DNA of 64,000 nucleotides from Candidatus Micrarchaeia archaeon (GTDB lineage: Archaea; Micrarchaeota; Micrarchaeia; CAILAH01). The stretch lies in the NCBI GenBank assembly GCA_038874595.1, contig JAVZCB010000006.1:9599-73598 (forward strand), written 5' to 3'. Below the pieces are notes generated by a model. The model was not told where the DNA came from, searched no databases, and saw nothing but the letters and a program-made list of their open reading frames with translations. This document shows, in pieces, positions 46,447 to 56,638 of the stretch (its first letter is position 1; the number at the start of each line of letters is the position of its first letter). A program made the translations under genes and the position numbers.

Positions 46447-49140
46447 TTATAATCCAAACAGCTGCTTGGCCAGGTCAAACAAGTAATTGAAGATTCCTTT
46501 AAAGAAATCTAGCACCTGCTCGATAAATCCGGTTTTTTGGCCGCTTCCACCAGTTATGGTTGACGATTGTGATTCAACAATTGTTGAGAGTGTATACACG
46601 TCTAGCTTCCCTTTTTTATACTCACCATAGTACATTCCGGTTTCAGTGGCTTCCATACCCAACGGCATAACCTGCGAAAAACTACTCGCCTCAACAAGTG
46701 GATAACTTCTATCATAAATCTTTATTCCCATAGGCTCGTGCAACTCCATTACGTATCTCCCGCCAGGGGAAACAGATACATAGGTTAAATCCTTATTTGC
46801 ATAATGGCGCATCTTCCAATTCTCATAATACGTTATGGTATTGTATTTCCATGCAACAAAATCATCAGAATCAACGTAATCTCCCAGGACAATTTCATCA
46901 TTATATAGAATGCCTTCATTATCTTTATGGCCCATATGCTGCAAGAGATGATATGTTGGTGAATTAAGCGTGTAAACACAGAACAAATTATTGCATTCGC
47001 CAGCAACACGATTTCTGGAAACACCCAACTTTCTTATAGTAGTATTATGTGTTCCCCCTTTACAGTCATCATATGCCGAAAGCATACACCCATCAATGTA
47101 CCCATACCCAGGTGCGTAAAACCTGCCTGAGGAGGCTATAACATCAAGCAGCTCGGTCGCTGAAGAGTCAGTTAAACTTTCAGCATACTCCGGCCATTCC
47201 CACATCTCAATTACGTTTCCGTTTTGGTCAAAGAGGTATCCCTTAGGTGTTGTATCCCCTCTTTTTGCACTCTTTCTTGCTGCAATGCCCGCATACAACT
47301 TCGAGCCATCATATGCAGGTATAAGAGTTGATGCTTGCTTTCCTAAGCATATGCTATTTGTTCGGTATGAATATATCTCATTGCCGTTTGAAAGGTCATA
47401 TGCATAAATCTTGCAGAACAAGTCTGTTTTATCTACTGTTAAAACGTATGCATATTTGCCATTCTTGCTGAATTTGATTATGTGCGGTACTTCATTCTGG
47501 TAAGTTTTCGACCATAAAAGATTGGATTTGTTAAGCAGTACATAATCATCTATGGTGTCTGGTCTTAGGCATTTTATTTCCTGTGGAGGTAACCTGATAT
47601 CAAATGCGCTCTCGCTTGTTGTAAAATTCCTTATGAGTGCAGTACAATTTTGGGAGGTTATCACAATCGTGCCGCGCGTGCCTTTTATAGGCGCACTTAT
47701 TATCCCTTTTGCACTTTCTTCATTTGTCCCATTAATATTACCATACACCCCCCTATACTGCCCTTTATCGGTTAGGATATTGTACCATCCTTTTGATGGA
47801 TAGCCAACATATATATCTTTGGGCTTTTCAACAAGTACAAAATCAACATACTTATAGATATAATGAGCGTGCGTTATATCGCTTCTATTATAATTGAACT
47901 GTATTGCTGTTGAGCTATCTAAGTAGCCTGTTTTGTGTGCTGTTAATGTATATTTACCCTCCATTGTAAATGGCCGCAGGTGCCTAAATGTATATGACCC
48001 ATCTGCACGTGTTGTTACAGGTGTTTTGCCATTATCTATGTAAACGCTTGCGTTTGGGATTGGGTTCCCAAGCTCATCAGTAACCTTTCCTTCAACGATC
48101 AGAAATTGCGGATTTAGGTAAACTGTTTTGTAGTCTATCAAATTATTATCTGCATCTGTTATTTCAATCCTAACATAGTCCGGGTATGCGTCCAGGCAGA
48201 GCACTTCCGTGCTGAAAGGTATAGTTTCATTGGCGCTTATTGTGAAATCATTAAATGAATACCTCATATCCCCAAGGTAGTAGCTTATGTAATAATTGCC
48301 AGGTAGTTCACCGCGGTTTGTTACATTGACCTTAATTTCAAACTTATTTGTATACGGCTCAATACGACGATATATGATTGGGCCATCAAAAAATGCATCT
48401 GGTGGAAGTGGCAGGTCATCAACTATTAGCTTATAACTATTGTATGAAGAATGCTCATCACCGGCTTCAACAATGTTTGAGTCTGAAGGCTCAACAACAA
48501 CTTTTACAACATTGAACATATCCTTCTGGTGCTCCCAGGGTATGCTGAAGCTCTTTTCGTACCAGCAATTAGGATATGGAACATATGCTGGGTTGTAAGG
48601 AGTTATGCATGTTAGTTTTTCTGTGTGTATTAGCCTCATAGGAGGGTCAAGATTAACTTTGTCATCATAACCAGCATAGATGTAAACGTCTGCACTGTCT
48701 ATATAAGCAAAACCAGCATTGATTACACGGACATATAACCTCTTATCTTTCTCTATATATTTCACGGTGTCACTTGCAACAACCAAATCTGGTGCAAATG
48801 ATTTATCATCCAGTGCACATTCTTCTTCACATCTTTTTATGATAGGCACAATATATGCATTAATATCATGAGCGCATTGCAGCGATTTCATAACAGTCAT
48901 AAAATCAGGCCCGCGAGTAACATAACTTGCCCATGCATTAACAATATCCAAAAACATATCCTTTGTACCGTATGAGCACCATTTAGTTATAAATACGTAA
49001 GCAGGGTTTTGCCTCCACGCCAACGTATATGCGGCACATTGTGAAACGCAAATATCGTATTGGCTCGCAGTAGCCGCAGCATAGTATGAGCTTAACAAAA
49101 CGCAAAGTACAACTAGGATTTTGAAGTATCTCGCGGTCAT
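46447..49140 (-). CDS. large exported protein (897 aa) with a carboxypeptidase-regulatory-like Ig-fold segment
   Basis: Signal FKILVVLCVLLSSYYAAATA. EGKVTDELGNPIPNASVYIDNGKTPVTTRADGSYTF is a CarboxypepD_reg-like motif. The rest is unrecognised. Confidence 0.6.
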   Translation of the reverse strand: MTARYFKILVVLCVLLSSYYAAATASQYDICVSQCAAYTLAWRQNPAYVFITKWCSYGTKDMFLDIVNAWASYVTRGPDFMTVMKSLQCAHDINAYIVPIIKRCEEECALDDKSFAPDLVVASDTVKYIEKDKRLYVRVINAGFAYIDSADVYIYAGYDDKVNLDPPMRLIHTEKLTCITPYNPAYVPYPNCWYEKSFSIPWEHQKDMFNVVKVVVEPSDSNIVEAGDEHSSYNSYKLIVDDLPLPPDAFFDGPIIYRRIEPYTNKFEIKVNVTNRGELPGNYYISYYLGDMRYSFNDFTISANETIPFSTEVLCLDAYPDYVRIEITDADNNLIDYKTVYLNPQFLIVEGKVTDELGNPIPNASVYIDNGKTPVTTRADGSYTFRHLRPFTMEGKYTLTAHKTGYLDSSTAIQFNYNRSDITHAHYIYKYVDFVLVEKPKDIYVGYPSKGWYNILTDKGQYRGVYGNINGTNEESAKGIISAPIKGTRGTIVITSQNCTALIRNFTTSESAFDIRLPPQEIKCLRPDTIDDYVLLNKSNLLWSKTYQNEVPHIIKFSKNGKYAYVLTVDKTDLFCKIYAYDLSNGNEIYSYRTNSICLGKQASTLIPAYDGSKLYAGIAARKSAKRGDTTPKGYLFDQNGNVIEMWEWPEYAESLTDSSATELLDVIASSGRFYAPGYGYIDGCMLSAYDDCKGGTHNTTIRKLGVSRNRVAGECNNLFCVYTLNSPTYHLLQHMGHKDNEGILYNDEIVLGDYVDSDDFVAWKYNTITYYENWKMRHYANKDLTYVSVSPGGRYVMELHEPMGIKIYDRSYPLVEASSFSQVMPLGMEATETGMYYGEYKKGKLDVYTLSTIVESQSSTITGGSGQKTGFIEQVLDFFKGIFNYLFDLAKQLFGL

Positions 49141-49187
49141 GCTTTAGCATCTCCAAAAAAATTTAAGAATTTAAAATAAAGCAAAAG

Positions 49188-50153
49188 CTACATTACAATC
49201 GCCCTGTTCATTGGGAATGTTGTTCCGTGCTTTATGTCCGTTGACCCTACTACATATTGAATTACTCTGCTTAGCCCTATCCCGCAACCCGCATGCGGTA
49301 CGTTCCCGTATACTTTAAGATGTTCTAAATACCAATCAAATGCCTTTATGCTACCGCCCTTGCTTTCAAGCCTCTTTAACATGGGCGATTCTCTTAATCT
49401 TCTGTATACGTTTTCATATGTGTACTCTCTTTCAGCAGCACCTACGCATTCACCACCAAGAGGTACTATTAAATCTGCACTGTTCACCAACTCTGGCCGG
49501 GCAGCATTCTCACGCATATTGAAGAATTTTATTGCTTTTGGGAAATGTGTTATGAAAGTTGGCAAATTATCGTATTGCTTAACAATGTATTGCTCATGCG
49601 CTGATTTTAAATCATCTCCCCATTTTAATCCAAATGGTTTTTCTAGCATGGTAATTGCATCGTCATAAGATATTCTCTGAAAATTGTCTATCGCCCTCTC
49701 TAATTCGTTTGGATTGCCCCCAACCTTGATTATACTCTCTCTTGCACTATATAATACATTACTAAACATACTGCTAACGGTTGCTTCAATCTCCCTTAAT
49801 AGCCCTTCAAAATCCGTCTCAAGCTCAATCTCAACAAGTGTAAATTCGGTCAGGTGCCTTTCATCAACCTCCGGTTCTGCCCTGAAACTTGGGCCTATTG
49901 TATATGTCTTTTTTAATTGAGGAATAAGCGATTCAAGATACAGCTGCCCTGTCTGGCTGAGGTATGTTTTCTCTCCAAAGTAATCAACTTCAAAAAGGGT
50001 ATCTATGTTCTCACATGCCCCTGTTGCTCTAGTTATGTGAGGCACACTTACCTCATGATATCCTTTACGTGCGAAATACTGCCTCGCCCCATGCAGCATT
50101 GCAGACTCAATTCTTGCAATGTGTTCCGTTTTCCCATTCATTTTCCAGGACAT
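49188..50153 (-). CDS. stand-alone class II aaRS catalytic core of Asp/Asn type (archaeal asparagine synthetase A-like)
   Basis: FARKGYHEVSVPHI (motif 1), IGPSFRAEPEVDERHLTEFTLVEIE (motif 2), GCGIGLSRVIQ (motif 3). At 321 aa it has no N-terminal OB anticodon-binding domain. Confidence 0.7.
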   Translation of the reverse strand: MSWKMNGKTEHIARIESAMLHGARQYFARKGYHEVSVPHITRATGACENIDTLFEVDYFGEKTYLSQTGQLYLESLIPQLKKTYTIGPSFRAEPEVDERHLTEFTLVEIELETDFEGLLREIEATVSSMFSNVLYSARESIIKVGGNPNELERAIDNFQRISYDDAITMLEKPFGLKWGDDLKSAHEQYIVKQYDNLPTFITHFPKAIKFFNMRENAARPELVNSADLIVPLGGECVGAAEREYTYENVYRRLRESPMLKRLESKGGSIKAFDWYLEHLKVYGNVPHAGCGIGLSRVIQYVVGSTDIKHGTTFPMNRAIVM

Positions 50154-50274
50154 TATACCACCTGTTGGGATATTCCTGGAATTGTTGATACCTTTTTATG
50201 GAAAAATTCCTTACTTAAATGAAGTTTTATACATATGAGTAAACTTTTAAATTGGATTAATTAGAATATCTTCC

Positions 50275-51540
50275 ATGACAGTGGTGCAAATTCAATCCAC
50301 ATCGAGTTGTGATTTGCAGGTTAAAGCGCTTTTATCATCCCTAAGGAAGAAAAATATAACTAGTGAGCAGGAAAAAGTTGTTCACGAAATAGCTCAATCA
50401 TTAACTAGAAGCATAACGGATAAAGATATGCTGAAAGATGCCCTATCAACATTAGAAGAAATAGCCTTGAGTTCCAAGTTCAAATTTGAACAACTAGGTT
50501 TGTTGAAGTTCATTGTTGATAAAACATCTAACTATTCATGGAGTGCCCTTTATGCCCTTAGCTTCATAATTGAAAGCCCGCATTTTAATGAGAAGGAGTG
50601 GAATGTTTTGGAGCAGCTACTTAAAAAAGCACCAGGAAATGTAGAGGCAGTTTTATGGGAGATTGAGTCTTCGGTTCGTTCCCCTGCGGGAAGGTCCTGG
50701 AAACTTATCACATTTGTTCTTGAGAAATCACAGAAAGAGAATAATCCTTTAAAACTCTTAAAATCTCTGAACGCCATTGCTGAGAATAAGGATTTTAACA
50801 TAAAAAGCGTACTTGAGATGTATAGTACTGGGGAGAAACTTGCAAGAGAGTTAGGAGCGTCATTTAACGATCCTTTGGTTTGTGTTAGTTTTGCTTATTC
50901 AATATCTGTGATAGGCGAGAAGAAGACACGCGAGTTGTACTCAAAAACAGGTATCGAATACTTTGCCAGATACTCAAAGGATATGCTGAAGGAGGTATAT
51001 TCAAATTTAAGTAAGGAAACAAAAGCACCCGTCCTTGTTGTTGCATTTAACAAGTATGATATTAATGGCGTATTCTATAAAGAAGGCAGGAGGCTGGACA
51101 GTTTTCTCAAAAGTAATTATAAGATTTTGATTTTTGAGTGCGCTTCTGAGAATGAGTTTTATAATAAAGTAGAGAGTTTTGCAAAAAATGGCAAAATACA
51201 TACATTAATAATAGGAGGGCACGGGGAGCCACATAAGATTATGCTTGGTGGTAACACGGACAGTGCCAGGTTGGACCTGGGCGATGAGAAGGAATTGATT
51301 AAGATAAAAAAACATTTTATCAAAAATCCAAAAATAATCTTAGTGGCATGTTCTACAGGCAAGGATAATAATTCTATGGGCGCAGTTATATCCCGTGTTA
51401 TGGATGCAACAGTGTTTGCACCCCCAAAGCCAGATCATACTACCGAATATGTTATAGGCAAGGATGGCTTAATAAAAAACGTTAAATATACGGGGCCAAC
51501 AAAGAAATTCCTAGGAAATATACCTAGAAAGAACGAATAA
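50275..51540 (+). CDS. hypothetical protein: helical-repeat N-terminal region plus a C-terminal domain with a clan-CD-like His-Gly / Ala-Cys dyad
   Basis: IHTLIIGGHGEPHKIMLGG ... PKIILVACSTGKD are hydrophobic strands ending in HG and AC, as in caspase/C80/CHAT-type peptidases. Confidence 0.4.
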   Translation: MTVVQIQSTSSCDLQVKALLSSLRKKNITSEQEKVVHEIAQSLTRSITDKDMLKDALSTLEEIALSSKFKFEQLGLLKFIVDKTSNYSWSALYALSFIIESPHFNEKEWNVLEQLLKKAPGNVEAVLWEIESSVRSPAGRSWKLITFVLEKSQKENNPLKLLKSLNAIAENKDFNIKSVLEMYSTGEKLARELGASFNDPLVCVSFAYSISVIGEKKTRELYSKTGIEYFARYSKDMLKEVYSNLSKETKAPVLVVAFNKYDINGVFYKEGRRLDSFLKSNYKILIFECASENEFYNKVESFAKNGKIHTLIIGGHGEPHKIMLGGNTDSARLDLGDEKELIKIKKHFIKNPKIILVACSTGKDNNSMGAVISRVMDATVFAPPKPDHTTEYVIGKDGLIKNVKYTGPTKKFLGNIPRKNE

Positions 51541-51600
51541 TAAAATTAATTTCATGGAAATAACACAACATAAACAGTAGTACGTATTATTAATGGCTAT

Positions 51601-53367
51601 CTACATGATAGCAGTATCGGTTCTAATGTTCATAGTATCATAAAGTTCCTGCAACAATTGAAGCTCCTTTTTCATATTATGATTTTTTGGGTTGTGCTTA
51701 ATGAACAGGCCCCCAAACTCTTCGATTATGCCGTCCTCATCTTTACGGTCTCCTATCATTATTACCTCGTTTAACTTTGCATATTTAGATAACTTCATGA
51801 AAGGCAGTTTGGTCTTCTTATCACCACCAACACTTTCGCTATCAATAATCTCAAAAATCATATCTTTGAAAGGGGACTTTGCCAGCTCTGCACGTAGTTT
51901 CTCCGTATTTGCATTGCTCACAACGATGTTTTTCATGCCAAGTGATTGCGAGAACCTGAATAAATCAAGGGCATCCTTATACTCAAGGTAATCAATTGAA
52001 ATGCTATGCATCTCTTTTGCAGTTGAAACTATCTCTTTATTATCAACATTTATACTCATCAGGTTAAGCAATTCCTTCTCAAATTCGCCCCACCTATGCC
52101 TTCTTATATCCCCATTGTAGCTACCTCTCATTTCTTTAACACGCCTATATAGCTCAAGATACTGCTGTGCGGTAATATTTGTATTAAATTTCTTGTTAAG
52201 ATATTCCGCAAGCACGGTGGCACATTTGTTATAGCTTTTCTCAAAATCAACAAGCGTATTGCCCCAATCAATGCAAAGGGCAGTATATGGCCAATTATCC
52301 TTTTTAAATTTAAGATGTGTGGTTTTTTCTGAGATTTCTTTTATCCTATCAAGTAATGTGTAATCTGGCCCAAACGCATCGTTCCCAACTATGTTTAGTT
52401 TAGGATTGAAATCCTTATCCAGCAGCATAAGGTTTGCAAATGCACCCTCCTCTATGCGGGCATCCTCAAATACCCCGTATCCGCTTGTAATGCAAGCTTC
52501 TACTTCTTCTAAGATAATGCCCTTTGCTTTACATAATATGCCCAGCTGCTTGTACTGCGAAAACGTTCTTCCTGTGGCCAAGCCATCAGTCGAGATGTTT
52601 ACCCTTATCTTATTTTCCAGGAGTTCTTCAATAGGCGGCAGCCTATTTTTCAACCATAAGCTTGATACAGGGGATATGGCGACAATAGCATTTGCCTTTT
52701 TAATGAGCATAATCTCCTTATCTGTAAGATAATTGCAGTTTGCTAAAATTGTTTTTTCGGTTAAGAGGCCCGCCTCATACAATCTTTCAATAGGTGTTAT
52801 CCCATAACGTTTGTAAGAGCTCTCAATTTCAGGTATTGTCTCGTTTATGTGTATAGTTAAGATTTTACCTTTAAGTGAACTGAGCTGTGTAATAGTATCC
52901 TCATCAATCCTATCAAGTGAATGTACCCAAACGGCCTGGTAAGATTTTGACCTTTCTATGAAATTATTGAGATAACCTGACAATTTAGGTGAGTTCATAA
53001 GAGGGTATCCGCTTATCAGTGATAGCCTATTATTAGTAGAATAATAGATGCTGCGGCCAACCAACGCTGCGCGGATACCAAACCCTTCAGCCAGCTTCCC
53101 CGTCAGTATCTCGGTTTCCTTTCGGTATAAATCTGCATTTTTTAGGAAGTATTCATCACCATATTTTAGATATTCCGAAAGAGAGAGTGATGGCAAGTTT
53201 AGAAAAATAGACTCGCCAAGGTGCATATGCAGGTTTACCGTTCTTGGTTTTATGATTAAGTCTTTATTGTGGTTGAAAGGGGTAATCCTGGCAATAACAC
53301 CATTTTCATCTATAGATATTTTCACTTTTTCCTCTTCAAGTATCCCCTCAATATCCAAGCTATTCAC
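51601..53367 (-). CDS. amidohydrolase-superfamily domain fused to a HAD-type phosphatase
   Basis: N-terminus RTVNLHMHLGES (HxH), LTIHINET, NISTDG. C-terminus ALCIDWGNTLVDF ... VVSNAN ... IMIGDRKDED (HAD motifs). GTG start in a GTGA overlap with the rSAM stop. Confidence 0.7.
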   Translation of the reverse strand: MNSLDIEGILEEEKVKISIDENGVIARITPFNHNKDLIIKPRTVNLHMHLGESIFLNLPSLSLSEYLKYGDEYFLKNADLYRKETEILTGKLAEGFGIRAALVGRSIYYSTNNRLSLISGYPLMNSPKLSGYLNNFIERSKSYQAVWVHSLDRIDEDTITQLSSLKGKILTIHINETIPEIESSYKRYGITPIERLYEAGLLTEKTILANCNYLTDKEIMLIKKANAIVAISPVSSLWLKNRLPPIEELLENKIRVNISTDGLATGRTFSQYKQLGILCKAKGIILEEVEACITSGYGVFEDARIEEGAFANLMLLDKDFNPKLNIVGNDAFGPDYTLLDRIKEISEKTTHLKFKKDNWPYTALCIDWGNTLVDFEKSYNKCATVLAEYLNKKFNTNITAQQYLELYRRVKEMRGSYNGDIRRHRWGEFEKELLNLMSINVDNKEIVSTAKEMHSISIDYLEYKDALDLFRFSQSLGMKNIVVSNANTEKLRAELAKSPFKDMIFEIIDSESVGGDKKTKLPFMKLSKYAKLNEVIMIGDRKDEDGIIEEFGGLFIKHNPKNHNMKKELQLLQELYDTMNIRTDTAIM

Positions 53368-54437
53368 CTTGGTTTCAGGATGATTGTTGGTAAGTAATCT
53401 TCGTGAACAAAGGTATTATTTTTGCTAACATCATATACAATGTTTATATCATCAAAATAATTCAAGGCAATATTATTTAAGCTAGGACAGTAAGGGTCCC
53501 GTTCCAGCAGTGTCCTTCCCCATAATATGCGCCTGTCTATGGTACCCCCCATGCATTGGCTGGCCAAAGAGCATTTTGTACAGCGAACGGGTACTGGATT
53601 TTTCTCTAGTATTTCAAACTTGAACGCCCGCAGTGATATGTTATCAGTAAATATATTGCTTGTCCTCCATGTGGCATCGATAAGATATGTTGAGGGGGTT
53701 ATCTCACCATTTTCAAGAATGCGCATTGAAGATTTGCCCACAAAATCCCCTTTATACTTGTTTTCTCTTAATATTGATGAAAATAGCACATCTGATATTG
53801 ATACAACATAAGTATTCTGTAATAACCATTTCATAACTTTGTAAAATTGCAACGGCTCCACAACGTATTTTTTAAGCCCGGGGTAGGTTGGCCTTAGGAT
53901 ATTTATACGTATATTAGAGTTGTATTCACTGGCAAGCTTTAATATCAGTTCCATGTTATTTTCGTTAAAATTGATATTCATAGCAACCGTAACAATTGTT
54001 CTGCTTATGTTGTTGGAGTTGCATAAGTCAAGCGTGTCAACAGCGAGCTTCCACGCACCTTTAAATCCCCTGAAGTTATCATGGAGTTTGCTCTCACCAA
54101 AATCAATGCTAACATCTACATCGTTTAGCTTTTTTATTAGCTCAACGTGCTGCACAAATTTAGCTAAACTTCCATTTGTTGTTAACCCTTGCAAAATGCC
54201 AGTTTCAGTGGCACAGAACTCAAAAAGCTTCCACCAGGTTTTATCCAGGACATTCTCACCAGTACCATAATTTATAGACTCAATGTATTGCTTGTTGCTC
54301 CTTATGAACATCTTGGCAAATTTAAGCTTGTTATCTTTTTGAATGGAAGTTTCACATCTAACCTTCTTGCTGTAACAATGGCCACAGTGCATATTGCAAC
54401 TGGAAGTATACCCCCATCCCAGTTTCCATTTTCTCAA
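53364..54437 (-). CDS. radical SAM enzyme with a SPASM/twitch-like Cys-rich C-terminus
   Basis: GYTSSCNMHCGHCYS is CX3CX2C. C-terminus VRCTKCSLASQCMGG...RDPYCP. TTG start in a TTGA overlap with the upstream stop. Confidence 0.8.
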   Translation of the reverse strand: MRKWKLGWGYTSSCNMHCGHCYSKKVRCETSIQKDNKLKFAKMFIRSNKQYIESINYGTGENVLDKTWWKLFEFCATETGILQGLTTNGSLAKFVQHVELIKKLNDVDVSIDFGESKLHDNFRGFKGAWKLAVDTLDLCNSNNISRTIVTVAMNINFNENNMELILKLASEYNSNIRINILRPTYPGLKKYVVEPLQFYKVMKWLLQNTYVVSISDVLFSSILRENKYKGDFVGKSSMRILENGEITPSTYLIDATWRTSNIFTDNISLRAFKFEILEKNPVPVRCTKCSLASQCMGGTIDRRILWGRTLLERDPYCPSLNNIALNYFDDINIVYDVSKNNTFVHEDYLPTIILKPR

Positions 54438-55990
54438 GAGTATTCACCCATTTTAAGAACTTCTTTTTCGGAAAGGCCTGCTATAAACTTGCCACGATTT
54501 TTCAGCAATTCCTCATTCTCAAGCGGTGGCAATATTTCATTGTTGATCGTAAAATTTCCTCTCAGTAGTGAGAACAGGTATGTTATTTCAAAGTACGTAT
54601 CTGGTAATTCTACCTTATACTCCAACCCGCCTGGCGCCCTGAAAAGCTTAACGAACCTTTTGTAATCCTGATTAACATACCTGAGCTGCGACTTGCCAAA
54701 TGATAGTATCTCCTGATTTGAATAAGTTGATATAAATGGCCATTGGTTAATCATCTTGTCCCTAAATACTCCAATTAATATTCGTCCATCACTTGAAAAT
54801 ACAAGTGGGGAGTATCCAGGCCTGTCAAGAAAACTTGGGTATCTTAAATCAATGATATCATTATTCTTGATATCTAAAAATGCGTTGCTTAGGTAAAACC
54901 CATTCCTTTCAAGCTCAAAAACGGCCTCAAGCGGGTTGCGTATGCCCTTGCCTAGGAGCGATTTTGTTAACACGAAAATCCCATCATCATTGAACTTGTG
55001 CTCTGAAGATGTAAGTACCCCATCGGTCTTTCTTTGTGAAATTTTTTCTGCAATACCTATTGGATTACCAAACCCCACATAAAACTTGACGCCCTCCAAG
55101 CCCGCAAGAAGGTCTGCGTGCCATTTTATAATAGAGTAGTCTGTTATTGTGGGCGGCATAGGCTCTTTTAACGTTACAAAGTATCTACCATCCCCCCTGT
55201 AATATTGTGATATAAAGTATAGCAGTCTATTCTGGCCATCACTTTTTGGAAGCTCATATAATTTACTTGTGCCAGGATAACAAAACGTAAAAAGTACATA
55301 TTTCAGTTTTGAGCTTGCATCATTCAATTCAAGGTTAAGTGTCTGCAGGTCCGATGGGCTTACCTCATATTTCAATATCTTCCTGTCGATTCGCTTTTTC
55401 TTTTTTATTCTTTTCTCAAATGTACGCAGCTTGCTTATATCCAAGACATCTGGGTACATCTTGCTAAGTTGTTTAAGTAATTCCAGGGTGATAGGCCTTA
55501 GATCTATATCGGTTGTGCCTCCAAGAACTTTACCGTTTTTTAGGTCTAGAATTGTCCTATCATTTGAGATAATGCTTGAAGAAGTCAGCAGTGAAATTAA
55601 AAACATCAGGGATGATTTGCCACTCCCCGCATCCCCCACAATAAGGCCGCATTCTTTTGAGTTTCCAACACACGCTGAATGTATAAGGGCGTTTCCAGAT
55701 AGCCCGTGCAACGCCGCAAGGTCCATAATCAGCTTATAAACAACATCCGGATAGTAAAGGTCTTCTGATATGCCGTAAATCCTGCTTTTTCCCACAATTT
55801 CTGATTTCTTACTGTTGGAACGGATCGACTGCGCGGGAGGATTATATTCGCATAAAACCTTGCAGCTGTATGAAGGAATGCTCTCGCGCGGAAAGAAGTC
55901 CTTTTCAAGATATTTAACCAATCCGGCGTTTTGTGTTTTGAAGCAGACCGTTTTGTTTTTTGAGCTGGCACGTATGTAATATTCACCCAT
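54434..55990 (-). CDS. HPr-kinase-C-like P-loop protein with an uncharacterised ~200-aa C-terminal domain
   Basis: NALIHSACVGNSKECGLIVGDAGSGKSSLMFLI parallels the HprK C-domain (H..av......gvLi.G.SG.GKS). I recognise no family for the remainder. Confidence 0.6.
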   Translation of the reverse strand: MGEYYIRASSKNKTVCFKTQNAGLVKYLEKDFFPRESIPSYSCKVLCEYNPPAQSIRSNSKKSEIVGKSRIYGISEDLYYPDVVYKLIMDLAALHGLSGNALIHSACVGNSKECGLIVGDAGSGKSSLMFLISLLTSSSIISNDRTILDLKNGKVLGGTTDIDLRPITLELLKQLSKMYPDVLDISKLRTFEKRIKKKKRIDRKILKYEVSPSDLQTLNLELNDASSKLKYVLFTFCYPGTSKLYELPKSDGQNRLLYFISQYYRGDGRYFVTLKEPMPPTITDYSIIKWHADLLAGLEGVKFYVGFGNPIGIAEKISQRKTDGVLTSSEHKFNDDGIFVLTKSLLGKGIRNPLEAVFELERNGFYLSNAFLDIKNNDIIDLRYPSFLDRPGYSPLVFSSDGRILIGVFRDKMINQWPFISTYSNQEILSFGKSQLRYVNQDYKRFVKLFRAPGGLEYKVELPDTYFEITYLFSLLRGNFTINNEILPPLENEELLKNRGKFIAGLSEKEVLKMGEYS

Positions 55991-56014
55991 ATGCTAAAAA
56001 CACGATGAACTAAC

Positions 56015-56025
56015 CCTTAAAAACT
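56015..56025. promoter_or_regulatory. central TATA-like CCTTAAAAACT in the 57-bp divergent spacer
   Basis: 25-35 nt from ATG 55990 (minus strand) and 23-33 nt from ATG 56048 (plus strand). Confidence 0.4.
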
Positions 56026-56047
56026 TTGTGATTGACTCTATTCTGAT

Positions 56048-56638
56048 ATGGATACCACAATCAGTGCCTACCTGAAAAACCACGCGGAATATGCAAAGCG
56101 CCATCTGCATGATTATCAGTTAAGGCCTTTAAGGATATTTACACGTATGCTTAAGGATAAGGGGAGGATACTTGACGCGGGCTGCGGCCCCGGTAGGGAC
56201 TTGAAGTATTTCATCTCAAAAGGGTACAACGCAATAGGTATTGATTTGTGTGACCATTTTATTGAGCATGCAAGGCGCAGCGGCCTCCATGTTTTGAAGA
56301 TGGATATGCGCTCGCTGGAATTTTCTGATGGCTATTTTGATGGCGTATGGTGCTGTGCCTCATTCTATCATATCCCATCCAAGGACGCTCTCGGTACTCT
56401 TATCGGATTTAACAGGGTCTTAAAGGATAGGGGGGCACTTTTTATTTCTGTAAAGGAGGGAAAAGGCGAGCGGCTTCTTGAAGACCGATTGGATAACCGC
56501 TCTAAAAAATTCTACAGGTTTTACTTAATTGGAGAGCTTTTCCACCTTGCCGATGATGCAGGTTTTGATGTTTTGCTTAGCAAAAGAGAAATGGGTGAAT
56601 ACTCAGTATGGCTTCAGTTCCTGATGAGAAAAAGGTGA
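56048..56638 (+). CDS. class I SAM-dependent methyltransferase (paralog 1)
   Basis: RILDAGCGPGRDLKYF (motif I), FDGVWCCASFYHI, LKDRGALFISV. Confidence 0.85.
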   Translation: MDTTISAYLKNHAEYAKRHLHDYQLRPLRIFTRMLKDKGRILDAGCGPGRDLKYFISKGYNAIGIDLCDHFIEHARRSGLHVLKMDMRSLEFSDGYFDGVWCCASFYHIPSKDALGTLIGFNRVLKDRGALFISVKEGKGERLLEDRLDNRSKKFYRFYLIGELFHLADDAGFDVLLSKREMGEYSVWLQFLMRKR

